DNA from: Gemmatimonadaceae bacterium
GTDB lineage: Bacteria > Gemmatimonadota > Gemmatimonadetes > Gemmatimonadales > Gemmatimonadaceae
Assembly (NCBI GenBank): GCA_035700125.1
Contig: DASSOX010000216.1
Location: 1-27,952 of the forward strand
DNA: 27,952 bases
Direction of reading: 5' to 3'
In this document: piece by piece, positions 8,521-18,900 of the stretch
Numbering within the stretch: the stretch's first letter is position 1
How the letters are laid out: each line of letters begins with the position of its first letter
Notes under the pieces: generated by a model
Database searches by the model: none
Seen by the model: the letters and a program-made list of their open reading frames with translations, nothing else
What the model was told of the DNA's origin: nothing
Translations under genes and position numbers: made by a program

Positions 8521-11019
8521 GTGGCGAACATGGGCTGGTGGGACGCATTCTCGCGCGACCTTCGCTACGCCATTCGCGGCCTGCGCGCGCGACCCGGATT
8601 CACCGCGGCGGTGGTCCTCACTCTCGCGCTCGGGATAGGCGCGAACGCGGCAATCTTCTCGGTGGTCGATCGGCTCCTCTTCCGTCCACCGCCAATGCTC
8701 AGCGACCCGGCGCTCACGCATCGCGTCTACGTCTCGTCGACTTTCCGGGGCGAGGAGTTCGTCAACGGAGGAGTGCAGTACGCGCGCTACGTGGATCTCA
8801 CGAAGTGGACGAGGTCCTTCGCGCGCACGGCGGAGATCACGAGCCGTAAGCTCGCGATAGGCGTTGGTTCCGATGCGCGCGAGATGCAGGTGGGCGCGGT
8901 GAGCTCGAGCTTCTTCGGATTCTTCGATGCGCCGCCGGTGCTCGGGCGCTACTTCAGCGCCCAGGAGGATGCTCCTCCCGATGGCACTCCGGTGGTCGTG
9001 CTGAGTTACGCAATGTGGCAGACCCGATACGGCGGCCATTCCGACGTGCTCGGTTCAACGCTGCAGATCGGCCCCACGGTTTACACGGTGATTGGCGTGT
9101 CGCCGAGAGGGTTCGCCGGGCTCTGGCCCGAGGAGCCGCCGGTGGCCTACATCCCGATCTCTTCGTACGCAGCCGGCGTGGACCTCAGGTTGAAGGGCGA
9201 GAACTGGTGGGATACATACCGCTGGACCTGGGCCAGCATGATCGCCCAGCGGAAGCCGGGAGTCACCGTTGCCGCCGCGAACGCCGACCTCACCTCGGCG
9301 CTGAAGCGCAGCTATGCCGCAGCGGATGAGAAGTATGGCGAGACAGCAGCGAACGGCGAAAGGAGAGCGCGTGACCACGCCCTGATTGCCTCCATCCTCA
9401 GCGAGCGGGGGCCCAACCAGAGCAGCACCGCGAAGGTCGCGGCACTCGTGGCCGGGATGGCGCTGGTGGTTCTCCTGATCGCTTGCGCCAACGTGGCCAA
9501 TCTGCTCTTCGCGCGTGCTCTGCGTCGCCGGCGAGAGATTGCGGTGCGCGTTGCTCTGGGCGTGAGCCGGAAGCGGCTTCTCTCTCAACTCCTAACCGAG
9601 AGCGTCCTGCTCGCGCTCCTGGGCGGCGTAGCGGGACTGATTCTGGGACAGTGGGGCGGCTCGGCGTTGCGCGCGGCGTTCCTGCCGCCCGGTTCCGAAT
9701 CGCCGGTGATGACGGATACTCGTACGCTCATCTACGTGGGAGCGGCGGTATTGCTCGCCGGCATCATCACGGGGCTCGCGCCTGCGTTCCAGGCTGGCAA
9801 GACCGATCTCACGGTGGACCTCAAGGCAGGTCAGCGTGAGGGTGTGATCCACAGGTCGCGCGCGCGGGTCGCGCTGCTCATTCTCCAGGGCGCGCTGTCG
9901 GTGGTTCTCCTGGTTGGCGCCGGCCTCTTCGTGCGCAGCTTGAACAACGTGAAGAACATCCGGCTCGGCTACGATCCCGACTCGGTGCTGGTGCTGGATC
10001 TGGCGATGCGCGGCGTGAAGCTCGACAGCGCGCACGAGATGACACTCAGGAAGCAGCTTCTGGAGCGCGCGCAGGCGATTCCCGCGGTGGAGCGCGCGGC
10101 GCTCAGCGTCACTCTCCCGTTCTGGAGCACCTGGAGCATGGGACTGAACGTGCCTGGCGTGGACACGGCTCTCGTGCACGCGCAGTACGACCTCAATTCC
10201 GTGTCGCCGGACTTCTTCGCCACCATGGGTACGCGCATCCTGGCAGGGCGGGGGATAGAGGCGCAGGACGTGGCCGGTGCTCCGGGCGCCGTGGTGGTGA
10301 GCGCCTCCATGGCCAAGAAGCTCTGGCCAGGTGAGAACGCGCTGGGGAAATGCATCAAGGTCGGCGCTGATTCACTGCCATGCACCTACGTCGTCGGAAT
10401 CGCCGAGGACATCAAGAACGAGCAGTTGAGCGACGACCCGGGGCTCTTCTACTATCTCTCGGCCGAGCAGTACCATCCGGAGCGTGCCGGATTACTCCTG
10501 CGCATGCGCGGAGATCCCACGAGCCAGGTGGAAGAGGTGCGTCGCGAGCTGCAGAAGCTCATGCCGGGCGCCTCGTACATCACCGTCACTCCTTTCTCCG
10601 AAGTCGTCGGGCAGCAGATGCGTTCATGGTCGCTCGGCGCTACCATGTTCATGGTGTTCGGGACGCTGGCGCTGGTGCTTGCTACGATCGGCCTCTACGG
10701 CGTGATCGCGTACAACGTGGTGCAGCGCTCGCACGAGATGGGGGTACGCATCGCGCTTGGCGCCCAGCAGGGTGACGTGTTGTGGCTCGTCGTACGTCAG
10801 GGGCTCCTGCTCGCCGCGCTCGGCATCATCATCGGCGGACTCGCCACGTTCGCGGCGGCGAGCAGGATAGAGCCACTCCTCTTCCAGGAGTCGGCGCGCG
10901 ACCCGCTGGTGTACGGTGGCGTGGTGCTGGTGATGCTGCTCGTAGCCGCTGCGGCCAGCTTCATTCCCGCCCGCCGCGCCGCGCGCGTCGACCCGAATGT
11001 GGCGCTGAGGGCGGAGTAG
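8521..11019 (+). CDS. ABC-transporter permease with duplicated FtsX domains (ADOP / MacB-like), lacking an ATPase domain.
   Basis: The N-terminus ([40 protein letters not shown]) is typical of this family. Each half has four TM segments and a large periplasmic domain. No Walker A motif is present. The GTG at 8521 sits 7 nt after AGGAG; the ORF can extend to 8494, and an alternative ATG lies at 8530. Confidence 0.9.
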   Translation: MANMGWWDAFSRDLRYAIRGLRARPGFTAAVVLTLALGIGANAAIFSVVDRLLFRPPPMLSDPALTHRVYVSSTFRGEEFVNGGVQYARYVDLTKWTRSFARTAEITSRKLAIGVGSDAREMQVGAVSSSFFGFFDAPPVLGRYFSAQEDAPPDGTPVVVLSYAMWQTRYGGHSDVLGSTLQIGPTVYTVIGVSPRGFAGLWPEEPPVAYIPISSYAAGVDLRLKGENWWDTYRWTWASMIAQRKPGVTVAAANADLTSALKRSYAAADEKYGETAANGERRARDHALIASILSERGPNQSSTAKVAALVAGMALVVLLIACANVANLLFARALRRRREIAVRVALGVSRKRLLSQLLTESVLLALLGGVAGLILGQWGGSALRAAFLPPGSESPVMTDTRTLIYVGAAVLLAGIITGLAPAFQAGKTDLTVDLKAGQREGVIHRSRARVALLILQGALSVVLLVGAGLFVRSLNNVKNIRLGYDPDSVLVLDLAMRGVKLDSAHEMTLRKQLLERAQAIPAVERAALSVTLPFWSTWSMGLNVPGVDTALVHAQYDLNSVSPDFFATMGTRILAGRGIEAQDVAGAPGAVVVSASMAKKLWPGENALGKCIKVGADSLPCTYVVGIAEDIKNEQLSDDPGLFYYLSAEQYHPERAGLLLRMRGDPTSQVEEVRRELQKLMPGASYITVTPFSEVVGQQMRSWSLGATMFMVFGTLALVLATIGLYGVIAYNVVQRSHEMGVRIALGAQQGDVLWLVVRQGLLLAALGIIIGGLATFAAASRIEPLLFQESARDPLVYGGVVLVMLLVAAAASFIPARRAARVDPNVALRAE

Positions 11020-11224
11020 GGGGAGGGGGGACTGCGAGGGTTCAGGAGGCGGGGTTCAGGGTTCAGGAACTACCTGCACAACTGTCATCCCCGCGAAAGC
11101 GGGGACCCATGTTCGGCCGGGTAAAATGGATTCCCGCTTACGCGGGAATGACGGTCGTATAAGCAGTACCTGAACCCTGAACCCTGCCTCCTGAACCCTT
11201 TGTAGTTCCCTGCCCCCCTCCCCA
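11020..11224. repeat. Palindromic intergenic repeat element, copy 2. It is a ~205-bp imperfect palindrome whose outer arms are GGGGAGGGGGG plus GGGTTCA-heptad repeats, and whose centre is the conserved core (11084..11153).
   Basis: About 88% identical to copy 4 (19106..19285) over ~175 bp. The core is GTCATCCCCGCGAAAGCGGGGAcCCATGTTCGGCCGGGTAAAATGGATTCCCGCTTACGCGGGAATGACG. It starts immediately after the TAG of the permease gene. Confidence 0.85.
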
Positions 11225-11229
11225 CCACC

Positions 11230-11245
11230 GCATCCTCCTGGATGC
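11230..11245. promoter_or_regulatory. Palindrome GCATCC-tcct-GGATGC, a candidate upstream activator site. Further GATGC half-sites lie at 11263-11275.
   Basis: It has the same GCATC..GATGC arms as the palindromes upstream of susC (23271-23317). It lies ~145 bp upstream of a sigma54-like -24/-12 box. Confidence 0.25.
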
Positions 11246-11388
11246 GAGAGTCACATCATTGCGGATGCGATGCGCGTATTGTGAGAACGGGCGGCACCGT
11301 TCCGCCCATCTGCGCCAACCCCGATAACGGTCGTTCTCGCAACGCCTTGCGAGGACCGCCGCCCACCCTACAAACTCGAACTCGGCGG

Positions 11389-11403
11389 TGGCATGTCCAC
11401 TGC
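11389..11403 (+). promoter_or_regulatory. Candidate sigma54 -24/-12 promoter TGGCAT-N5-CTGCC upstream of the M24 peptidase gene.
   Basis: Matches TGGCAC-N5-TTGCW at the conserved GG and GC positions, and is near-identical to the box upstream of susC. The predicted transcription start would lie within a few nt of ATG 11418, giving a leaderless or short-leader mRNA, so this is tentative. Confidence 0.25.
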
Positions 11404-11417
11404 CAATGCGGAGCGAC

Positions 11418-12731
11418 ATGAGCACTCCAAATCTCTCGCGCCGACACTTCCTCGGTGCCTCCACGCTCGCGGTTGCGGCTACCGCGTGCGGCGTGTCGGG
11501 CGGCCAGTCGGAGCGGCCCGCCACGGAGGATGGCGATCTCCCCAAGCCGATCGCATCGCTGTCATCGCTCGCCGATCAGGCGACGCCCATCACCAGCGAT
11601 GAGCGCCGCGCGCGGCTCGACAGAGCGCGTGAGCTGATGCAGCGTCAGAAGATCGACGCCATCGTGCTCCCCGGCGGTACCTCGCTGCGCTACTTCACCG
11701 GTCTGCAGTGGGGGATCAGCGAGCGACTCCTCGCACTGGTGCTACCAGCCAAGGGGAAGCCCTTCCTCGTTGCACCGCGTTTCGAGGAAGCGCGAGCCAT
11801 GGAGCAGCTGAAGGACGGGCCGATCGGAAGCGACGCCGACATTCTGGTCTGGAACGAGCACGAGAGCCCGTACGAGCTGGTGGCGAAGGCGCTCAAGGGT
11901 CGCGGCATCTCCACAGGGACGCTCGGCGCGGAAGAAACGCTGCGCTTCATGTTCGCGGACGGAATCGCGCACGCAGCACCCTCGTTGAAGATCGTGAGCG
12001 CCACGCCGATCACCGCGGGCTGCCGCATGGTGAAGGATCACCACGAGATTGCGCTCATGCGACTGGCCTGCGCGGCCACTCTCCGTGCGTACCGGGCCGT
12101 GTACGAGTCGCTCGCGGAAGGGATGACCCAGGCCACAGTGCGCGATCTCATCTCCACCGCGCACCGCCGACTCGGCTTCACCGGAGGCGCGAGCGTCCAG
12201 GTGGGCGAGTACTCGGCGCTTCCGCATGGTTCGCGCACGCCGCAGACGATCCGGGAAGGGACCATCATCATGGTTGACGGTGGCTGCAACGCGGAGGGCT
12301 ATCAGTCGGACATCACCCGCACCTTCGTGCTCGGCAAGCCCACCGACAAGATGAAGCAGATCTTCGACATCGTACACCGCGCGCAGACGGCTGCGCTGGC
12401 GGCCGCAAGGCCCGGCGGCGAGTGCCAGTCAGTGGATGCAGCCGCGAGAAAGGTGATCGTGGATGCTGGATACGGTCCCGACTACACCTACTTCTCGCAT
12501 CGGCTGGGGCACGGGATCGGGATGGACGGTCACGAGTGGCCATACCTCGTGAAGGGAAACACGCTGGCGATGGAGCGCGGGATGACCTTCAGCGACGAGC
12601 CGGGGATCTACATCCCGGGCGAGTTCGGCGTCCGGCTCGAGGACGACATGCACATCACTCCGAGCGGCGCGGAGCTCCTCACCCCGCAGAGCCCGTCGAT
12701 AGAAGAGCCATTCGGCGGGATGAACAGCTGA
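11418..12731 (+). CDS. M24-family Xaa-Pro dipeptidase/aminopeptidase with a twin-arginine (Tat) signal peptide.
   Basis: Tat motif SRRHFLGASTLAVAATA. Creatinase-like N-domain, and a pita-bread C-domain with metal ligands (..DGGCNAEGYQSDITRT.., HRLGHGIGMDGHE, ..FSDEPGIY.., RLEDD). The ORF can extend to 11388. Confidence 0.85.
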   Translation: MSTPNLSRRHFLGASTLAVAATACGVSGGQSERPATEDGDLPKPIASLSSLADQATPITSDERRARLDRARELMQRQKIDAIVLPGGTSLRYFTGLQWGISERLLALVLPAKGKPFLVAPRFEEARAMEQLKDGPIGSDADILVWNEHESPYELVAKALKGRGISTGTLGAEETLRFMFADGIAHAAPSLKIVSATPITAGCRMVKDHHEIALMRLACAATLRAYRAVYESLAEGMTQATVRDLISTAHRRLGFTGGASVQVGEYSALPHGSRTPQTIREGTIIMVDGGCNAEGYQSDITRTFVLGKPTDKMKQIFDIVHRAQTAALAAARPGGECQSVDAAARKVIVDAGYGPDYTYFSHRLGHGIGMDGHEWPYLVKGNTLAMERGMTFSDEPGIYIPGEFGVRLEDDMHITPSGAELLTPQSPSIEEPFGGMNS

Positions 12732-12783
12732 GCGGCATCACGACTCATAGCGACATGTCCATATACCAGAAAAAGGTGAAATA

Positions 12784-14025
12784 GTGAAAGCGACTCGGCT
12801 ACTCGCCATCCTCCCGGTCGCGGTACTCGCGGCCTGCATGGCGAAGCCCCAGCCGGATGCCGATCGAGATCTCGCGGACAGGGTGCGAGCGATTCAGGAT
12901 AGTGTGATAACCATCGACACGCACGACGACATCCCGGGGAACTTCGCGACTCCCGAGGTGGATCCGCTCGACGCGTCGCGGCAGGTGAATCTCACGAAGA
13001 TGAAGGACGGTGGGCTCGATGTAGCGTTCTTCGCCGTGTTCGTCGGACAGACGCCGCGCACGAAGGAGAATTACGAGAAGGCGAAGCAGGCGGCCATGGA
13101 GAAGTTCGACGCGATCCACCGCATGAGCGAGAAGATGTACCCGGGGATGATCGAGATCGCCTACACGCCAGCCGATGTGCGTCGTATCCACGACAGCGGG
13201 AAGCTGGTGGCGGCCATCGGGATCGAGAACGGCTACGTGATCGGGAAGGACCTCGGTCTCATCCAGAAGTACCACGATCTCGGCGCGCGCTACATGACGC
13301 TGGCGCATACGCGAAACAACGACATCTGCGACTCATCCACCGATCCCGAAGGTCCCGAGCACCACGGCCTCAGCGAGTTCGGGAAGAAGGTCGTCGCGGA
13401 GATGAACCGGGTGGGGATGATGGTGGACGTGTCGCACGTCTCGAAGGAATGCATGATGCAGGCGACTGCGCTCTCGAAGGCGCCGGTGATCGCCTCTCAC
13501 TCGAGCACCTCGGCCCTGGCGAACGTGCCGCGCAACATGGACGATGAGCAGCTCGAGGCCGTGAAGAAGAATGGCGGAGTCGTTCAGATAGTGGCCTTCG
13601 ACGGCTACGTGAAAGCGCCGGCGCCGGAGAAGCTGGCCGCCATCGACTCGCTGCGTAAGAAGCTCGGCCTGACCGAGCGAGGCGCCTTCCGCAACATGAC
13701 CACCGACAAGCGCGCGATCTACGACAGCGAGATGGCGGAGATCGAGAAGAAGTGGCCCAAGGCCACGGTTCAGGAATTCGTGAACCACATCGATCACGCG
13801 GTGAAGCTGATCGGAATAGACCACGTCGGAATCAGCTCCGACTTCGACGGCGGCGGCGGCGTGACCGGGTGGAACGATGCCGGCGAAACACGGAACGTGA
13901 CCGCCGAGCTGGTGAAGCGCGGCTACACGACGGAGCAGATCCGCAAGCTCTGGGGCGGGAACCTTCTCCGCGTCTGGAGCGAGAACGACACTCTGGCGGC
14001 TGCTGCGCGGAACACGAAGGCCTGA
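12784..14025 (+). CDS. Membrane dipeptidase (peptidase family M19), lipoprotein.
   Basis: Lipobox LAAC. M19 motifs IDTHDD, MTLAHTRNN, MMVDVSHVS, ASHSS. The GTG start is preceded by AAGGTG. Confidence 0.85.
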   Translation: MKATRLLAILPVAVLAACMAKPQPDADRDLADRVRAIQDSVITIDTHDDIPGNFATPEVDPLDASRQVNLTKMKDGGLDVAFFAVFVGQTPRTKENYEKAKQAAMEKFDAIHRMSEKMYPGMIEIAYTPADVRRIHDSGKLVAAIGIENGYVIGKDLGLIQKYHDLGARYMTLAHTRNNDICDSSTDPEGPEHHGLSEFGKKVVAEMNRVGMMVDVSHVSKECMMQATALSKAPVIASHSSTSALANVPRNMDDEQLEAVKKNGGVVQIVAFDGYVKAPAPEKLAAIDSLRKKLGLTERGAFRNMTTDKRAIYDSEMAEIEKKWPKATVQEFVNHIDHAVKLIGIDHVGISSDFDGGGGVTGWNDAGETRNVTAELVKRGYTTEQIRKLWGGNLLRVWSENDTLAAAARNTKA

Positions 14026-14077
14026 GCCGGACAGCGAAACTCCCCTCTCCACTCCATCCATCGTGAGGTCGCGGTAG

Positions 14078-15889
14078 ATGTCCGTACACTTCAGCCGGTC
14101 CGGCGGTGCGAGCATCCGGGTGCTCGCGCTTGCCACGCTCGCCACGCTCGCCCTCACGCTCCCGGCGTGCCGGGAGGCAGGTGGTACCGAGCGCTCGAAG
14201 CTGCGCTTCGTGGTGAGCGTCCCGGATAGCGGGAGCGAGGCGCTGGATGGACGCATGCTGGTGCTCATCTCCACCGATAGCGCCCGAGAGCCACGCTTTC
14301 AGATTTCCGATGGCGATGCGACGCAGCAGGTTTTCGGCATAGATGTGGACGGGCTGCGTCCGGGAGAGACAGCAGTCATCGACGGCGCCGCCACCGGCTA
14401 CCCGGTGCGGCGTCTCGCGCTGCTTCCACCCGGCGACTACTGGGTGCAGGCACTGCTTCACGAGTACGAGACCTTCCACCGGAGCGATGGACATGTGGTG
14501 AAACTCCCCATGGACCGCGGCGAAGGGCAGCAGTGGAACCGTGCACCGGGGAATCTCTACAGCACTCCGAAAAAGGTGCACCTCGATCCGCGGCAGGGAG
14601 CGGAGATCCGGATCGCGCTCGACAACGTCATCCCGCCGCTGCCGAAGGTTCACGACACCAAGTACGTGAAGCACGTGGTGATCCAGAGCGAGCGTCTCAC
14701 GAAATTCTGGGGGAGACCGATGCACCTGGGTGCCATCGTACTCCTTCCGGAAGGGTGGAACGAGCACCCGGAGGCGCGCTATCCGCTCGCGGTCTATCAG
14801 GGGCACTTCGAGCGCGAAGTGTCCGGGTGGCGCGAGACGCCTCCCGATGCCGACCTTCCACGGGCGCAGCCGGACAGCATCGCGAAATACTGCCCCAACG
14901 GACACGAGGGCGATCTGTGCGAGAAGTACGGTTATCCGCGGATCCTCCAGCAGTACGGCTACGACTTCTACAGGAAGTGGACGGGCCCTGATTTCCCGCG
15001 CGTGATCATGGTGACGATCCAGCACGCGAACCCGTACTACGACGACTCCTACGCCGTGAACTCGGAGAATCTCGGTCCCTACGGCGACGCGATCATGTAC
15101 GAGCTGATCCCCTACATCGAGAAGGAGTTCCGGGGAATTGGGAAGGGATGGGCGCGCGCCACTTACGGCGGATCCACGGGCGGGTGGGAGGCGCTTGGCG
15201 TTCAGGTGAAATACCCCGACGAGTACAACGGCGCCTACGCCAACTGTCCCGACCCGATCGACTTCAGGATGTTCACCACGATCGACATCTACTCGGACAG
15301 CAACGCCTACTACACAGGTGGATCGTGGCGACAGACGCTCCGTCCCGGCGAGCGCGATTACCTGGGACAGACGCGTTCCACGGTGGAGCAATCCAATCAC
15401 AAGGAGCTGGCGCTCGGCACCAAGTCGCGCTCGGGTGGGCAGTGGGACATCTGGGAAGCGGTGTTCTCGCCCGTGGGTGACGACGGCTACCCGAAGCGGA
15501 TCTGGAACAAGGAGACCGGCGCCATAGACCACGAGGTGGCGGAGTACTGGCGTGACAACTACGATCTCGTGCACATAATGCAGCGCGACTGGTCCACGCT
15601 CGGCCCGAAGGTACGGGGCAAGATCCACCTCAACGTGGGACTTTCCGACAACTTCTTCCTGAACAACGCCGTTTACCTCGCCGAGGATTTCCTGAAGTCG
15701 GCGAAGAACCCGTCGGCGGATGCCACGGTGCAGTACGGCGCGCGCGATGAGCACTGCTGGAGCGGCGACCACGAGAACGCGAACGCGTTCTCGCGACTCA
15801 CCTACCACGGACGCTTCATCCCGCTCATGGCCGAGCACTGGACGAAGACCGCGCCGAAGGGCGCGGATGTGACGAGCTGGAAATACTGA
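14078..15889 (+). CDS. Exported lipoprotein with a C-terminal esterase-family (PF00756-like) alpha/beta-hydrolase domain.
   Basis: 603 aa. Signal plus lipobox LTLPAC. GxSxG-type nucleophile motif ATYGGSTGGWEAL. The N-terminal ~300 aa is a beta-rich domain of unknown function. Confidence 0.7.
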   Translation: MSVHFSRSGGASIRVLALATLATLALTLPACREAGGTERSKLRFVVSVPDSGSEALDGRMLVLISTDSAREPRFQISDGDATQQVFGIDVDGLRPGETAVIDGAATGYPVRRLALLPPGDYWVQALLHEYETFHRSDGHVVKLPMDRGEGQQWNRAPGNLYSTPKKVHLDPRQGAEIRIALDNVIPPLPKVHDTKYVKHVVIQSERLTKFWGRPMHLGAIVLLPEGWNEHPEARYPLAVYQGHFEREVSGWRETPPDADLPRAQPDSIAKYCPNGHEGDLCEKYGYPRILQQYGYDFYRKWTGPDFPRVIMVTIQHANPYYDDSYAVNSENLGPYGDAIMYELIPYIEKEFRGIGKGWARATYGGSTGGWEALGVQVKYPDEYNGAYANCPDPIDFRMFTTIDIYSDSNAYYTGGSWRQTLRPGERDYLGQTRSTVEQSNHKELALGTKSRSGGQWDIWEAVFSPVGDDGYPKRIWNKETGAIDHEVAEYWRDNYDLVHIMQRDWSTLGPKVRGKIHLNVGLSDNFFLNNAVYLAEDFLKSAKNPSADATVQYGARDEHCWSGDHENANAFSRLTYHGRFIPLMAEHWTKTAPKGADVTSWKY

Positions 15890-15894
15890 TTGCT

Positions 15895-15966
15895 CGTCGT
15901 CCCCGCGAAAGCGGGGATCCATGTTTGGTCTGGCTAACATGGATCCCCGCTTTCGCGGGGATGACG
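15895..15966. repeat. Palindromic intergenic repeat element, copy 3 (core only). It is a near-perfect 31-bp inverted repeat CGTC(g/a)TCCCCGCGAAAGCGGGGATCCATGTT with a 10-nt spacer.
   Basis: Read directly from the sequence: one mismatch across 31-bp arms. It has no outer GGGTTCA arms, and it ends 1 nt before the ATG at 15968. Confidence 0.85.
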
Positions 15967-15994
15967 CATGAACAGGCCCCCTGGAGGAGCTTCG

Positions 15995-18900
15995 GTGATC
16001 AAGAGGAACACCTTCATCTTCGCGCTGGCGCTAGGGTGCGCGGCAGTCACGGCACCCGCCGCCTCACTCCGCGCGCAGCAGTACGACTCCACGCTCTTCG
16101 GGGAGATGCGCTGGCGTATGATCGGGCCGCATCGCGGCGGCCGGACGGTCGCGGCGGTCGGAATCGCCGATCAGCCGAACGTCTTCTACATCGGCGTGAA
16201 CAACGGCGGTGTCTGGAAGACCACCGACTACGGGCGCGTATGGACGCCGATCTTCGACGATCAGCCCACGGGTTCCATCGGCGCCATCGCCATCGCTCCG
16301 TCGAACCCGAAGGTCATCTACGTGGGGAGTGGAGAGGGACTGCAGCGTCCCGATCTCTCCACCGGAGACGGGATGTACAGGTCGAGCGACGGCGGCGAAA
16401 CGTGGACGCACCTCGGACTCCGAGAGGGTCAGCAGATCCCCGCGATCGAAGTCGACCCGCGCAATCCCGATCGGCTCTTCGTAGCGGTGCTGGGCCACCC
16501 GTACGGTCCGAACGAGGAACGCGGCATCTACCGCTCCACTGATGGAGGCCGGAGTTTCGAGAAAGTCCTCTACACCGACGAGAACACCGGCGGGATGGAC
16601 GTGGCGATCGATCCATCGAATCCGCAGACCGTCTACGCGGTGATGTGGGCCGCGCGGCAGGCGCCGTGGGAGGTGGGGAGCTCGTGGACTCTCTCGGAGA
16701 AGAACGGCCTCTACAAGTCCACCGATGCCGGCAGCACCTGGAAGAAGATGACGAAGGGGCTGCCCGGTGCCGAAGATGAGCTGGGGCGCATCGGAATCAG
16801 CATTTCCGCGAGCCACCCGAATATCATCTTCGCGGTGGTCGGCGCTCGGAAGGGCGCCGGCGTCTATCGCTCGACCGATTCGGGGGAGAGCTGGACGCTC
16901 GTGAACGATGATGCACGACTCTGGGGACGCGATGGCGACTTCAACGAAGTACGCGTGGATCCCACCGACCCGGATGTCCTCTATGTGGCCAACATCATGA
17001 CCTGGAAGTCGACCGACGGGGGGAAGAGCTTCGCGGCCTTCCGCGGTGCGCCAGGCGGCGACGACTACCATCGGGTGTGGATCAACCCGCGCGACCCGAA
17101 GACGATAATCCTCGCGGCCGACCAGGGAGCGATCATCACTGTGAACGGCGGGGCGACGTGGAGCTCCTGGTACAACCAGCCGACCGCACAACTATATCAC
17201 GTTTCCACCGACAACAGCTTCCCCTACTGGGTGTGCGGCGGCCAGCAGGAGAGCGGCTCGGTCTGCATCAAGAGCCGCGGGCCGTACGGCCAGATCACCT
17301 ATCGCCAGTGGTATCCGGTGGGCGTGGAGGAGTACGGCTACGTTGCGCCGGATCCGCTCGATCCGAACATCGTCTACGGCGGAAAGGTGACGCGCTTCGA
17401 CCGTCGCACTCGGCAGACGCAGAACGTCTCACCAGCCCCCGCTCGCGGCGGCGATGACTTCCGCGTGGTGCGCACCCAGCCGGTTCTCTTCTCGCCGGTG
17501 GACCCGCACACGCTCTACTTCGCGTCCAACGTGCTCTGGAAGACCACCAACGGCGGCACGAGCTGGACGAAGATCAGTCCCGATCTGACGCGTAAGTCAT
17601 CCGCCGTTCCCGCCAACCTTGGCGTCTTCAAGGAGCTCGATCCGGAAAGGGGGCAGCACCGTGGCGTCATCTACACTATCGCGCCGTCGTATCTCGACGC
17701 GAACGTGATCTGGACCGGGACCGACGATGGCCTGATCCACGTGACGCGCGACGCCGGAAAGTCGTGGAGTGACGTCACGCCGCCCGCGCTGCGCGATGAG
17801 CCGTGGAGCAAGGTGTCCATCATGGATGCCTCGCACTTCGACACCCGCACCGCGTATGCCGCGGTGAACACTTTCCGGCTCGACGATCTGAAGCCGTACA
17901 TCTACCGCACGCACGACGGCGGGAAGACGTGGAAGCTCATCACGAACGGACTTCCCGACGGCGCGATCATCAATGTCGTCCGCGAGGACCCGAAGAAGAA
18001 GGGAGTGCTCTACGCCGGGTCCGAGACGCAGGTATGGGTTTCGTTCGACGATGGCGAGAGGTGGCAGTCGCTCCGTCTCAATATGCCGGCCACCTCGATT
18101 CGCGATCTCGTGGTACACGAGAACGATCTGGTAGTCGGCACACACGGCCGCTCGTTCTGGATCCTCGACGATGTCTCGCCGCTCAGGCAGTTGAGTGAGC
18201 AGACGGCGTCCGCCGATGCCTACCTCTTCCGGCCCGCCACCGCCTATCGTGTTCGCTGGAACAACTACACCGATACGCCGGTGCCGCAGGAGGAGCCCGC
18301 CGGTGAGAACCCACCGGACGGCGCGATCATCGACTACTATCTTCGCTCGGCGGCCACCGGCCCGGTGACGCTGGAGATCCTCGACAGCCGCGGGAAACTC
18401 GTCCGCCGCTACTCGAGCGACGACGAGCCGCCACCGCCGATCGAGGACAACGTTCCCGACTACTGGATTCGCCCGCCCGCGAGCATCGCTACCTCGGCCG
18501 GGATGCATCGCTTCGTGTGGGACGTCCACCACGCGCCACCGGCCGCACTCTCGTTCTCGTATCCCATCTCGGCGATCTACAAGAACACCCCGCGCATCCC
18601 GACGGGCGCGTGGGCGCTCCCGGGTACGTACACCGTGAAGCTCACGGTGAATGGAAAGAGCCACACACGTCCGCTGACATTGAAGATGGATCCGAACGTG
18701 AAGGCGCCAGCCACCGCGATCGCCGAACAGTTCGCTCTCGCCACTCGCATCACTGATGCGATGCGCAAGGACTACGACGCGCTCCAGGATGTCCGCGCCT
18801 TCCGCGCTCGGCTGGACTCCCTGAAGGCGGACGGCGGACTGCCACCGTCACTGGACTCGCTGGACCGCATTGCCGCCTCGCTCGAAGGCCGCGCCGGCCG

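Noticed and set aside
11138-11545. Small ORFs reading through the repeat elements (11138..11545- and 19057..19248+), which encode ..GGRVQGSGxAYTTVIPA(KAGIH)..
   Set aside because: The shared peptide is simply the translation of the repeated DNA. The ORFs have no RBS or coding periodicity outside the repeat and partly overlap real genes.
13832-15940. 702-aa minus-strand ORF opposite the esterase-like gene and the M19 dipeptidase gene.
   Set aside because: It is antisense to two genes carrying clear catalytic motifs. Arg/Val/Gly-rich. Artefact.
15895-15966. The possibility that the ~30-bp palindromic core units are CRISPR repeats.
   Set aside because: The copies are single or paired and scattered at four different loci. 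They occur in mutually inverted orientation with a 10-nt spacer, not as a direct-repeat array with 30-40-bp unique spacers. No cas genes are present.
16064-18664. Minus-strand ORFs of 375 aa (16064..17191) and 355 aa (17597..18664) inside the BNR-repeat gene.
   Set aside because: They are antisense to a gene with at least 10 canonical Asp-box repeats. Arg-rich composition.
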